IMG/VR virus record: IMGVR_UViG_2609459774_000007
Span: 1-27,985 of that record
Length of the DNA: 27,985 nt
Reading direction: 5' to 3' (one strand)
Origin: a virus
Lineage: Duplodnaviria; Heunggongvirae; Uroviricota; Caudoviricetes
A program made the position numbers and the translations under genes. This document shows positions 27,503-27,985 of the stretch, piece after piece (positions within the stretch are counted from its first letter, which is position 1; every line of letters starts with the position of its first letter). The notes beneath the pieces are model-generated. The model was not told where the DNA came from. It did not search any database and saw only the letters and a list, made by a program, of their open reading frames with translations.

Positions 27503-27985
27503 CCCATTACAAGCCCGCTGCCGCAGATATTCCCGTGGCGAGCGATAACCCAGCGCACTATGCGGATGCCATTCGTTATAATGCTCGAACGCCTCTGCAA
27601 GGTTCTTTGCTGCCGTTAACCCGTCTGGTTTGGGCATGATACTGATGTAGTCACGCTTTATCGTTTTCACGAAGCTCTCTGCTATTCCGTTACTCTCCGG
27701 ACTCCGCACCGCCGTGTTCTTCGGTTCAAGTCCCAACATCCGGGCGAACTGGCGTGTTTCATTAGCCCGGTAGCATGAACCATTATCCGTCAGCCACTCC
27801 ACTGGAGACGACGGAAGATCGTTGCCGAAGCGGCGTTCCACCGCTCCCAGCATGACGTCCTGTACTGTTTCACTGTTGAAGCCGCCGGTAGTGACCGCCC
27901 AGTGCAGTGCCTCACGATCACAGCAGTCCAGCGCGAACGTGACACGCAGTCTCTCTCCGTTATCACAGCAGAACTCGAACCCGTC
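27460..27985 (-). mobile_element. IS2 insertion sequence, partial (continues beyond the window end)
   Basis: The terminal sequence at 27460-27500 is the reverse complement of the IS2 end (...GTGATAACAGATGTCTGGAAATATAGGGGCAAATCCA), and the adjacent ORF is IS2 InsD. Confidence 0.85.
27473..27985 (-). CDS. insD: IS2 transposase InsD (OrfB), 5'-partial at the window edge
   Basis: Matches the IS2 InsD C-terminal region (...[44 protein letters not shown]...[19 protein letters not shown]...); the frame continues in-phase upstream to the window end ([44 protein letters not shown]). Confidence 0.9.

Larger units (their letters stand above)
12713..27985. mobile_element. P4/IntA-type integrase genomic island (right boundary outside the window)
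   Basis: Starts at the ssrA 3' repeat with a P4-family integrase reading away from it; the content is accessory (recombinase/ParB operon, type I R-M, IS1, IS2, AT-rich genes) with mosaic GC composition. Confidence 0.65.

Noticed and set aside
1-27985. CRISPR arrays or cas genes, tRNA genes, rRNA genes, retron reverse transcriptase
   Set aside because: Looked for regularly spaced direct repeats, cloverleaf-type sequences other than the tmRNA tRNA-like domain, and reverse-transcriptase motifs; none found. The only long exact repeat is the 49-bp ssrA att duplication.

Overview
Enterobacterial (E. coli-like) chromosome at the smpB-ssrA locus, with two integrative elements stacked in tandem at the 3' end of the tmRNA gene. 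Intact smpB (1-483) and a full 363-nt tmRNA gene (698-1060) are followed by a degraded P2/186/Fels-2-like prophage (about 1061-12761) bounded by a 49-bp direct repeat of the ssrA 3' end (1016-1064 and 12713-12761). It keeps ogr, D, truncated U and N fragments, replication gene A, a Dam-like methylase, a cII/apl/cI switch and a P2-type integrase, and has lost essentially all capsid, tail and lysis genes. It carries AT-rich cargo at both ends: a 160-aa BRCT-domain protein next to attL and a 513-aa protein with a C-terminal PD-(D/E)xK-like nuclease signature between int and attR. The second element starts at the same repeat with a P4/IntA-type integrase (12924-14153) and carries an AT-rich operon of a large serine recombinase plus two ParB-like proteins (14436-17771), a gene-poor stretch with an IS3-family remnant, a complete type I restriction-modification system (hsdM-hsdS-hsdR, 19368-25403), a defective IS1 variant, an AT-rich ankyrin-repeat gene interrupted by IS2, and a partial IS2 running off the window. 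No CRISPR array or tRNA was found. The best candidates for an undescribed system are the 513-aa nuclease-like cargo gene and the recombinase/ParB/ParB operon with a nearby nested inverted repeat. All protein identifications are from recalled family sequences and motifs, not database searches.
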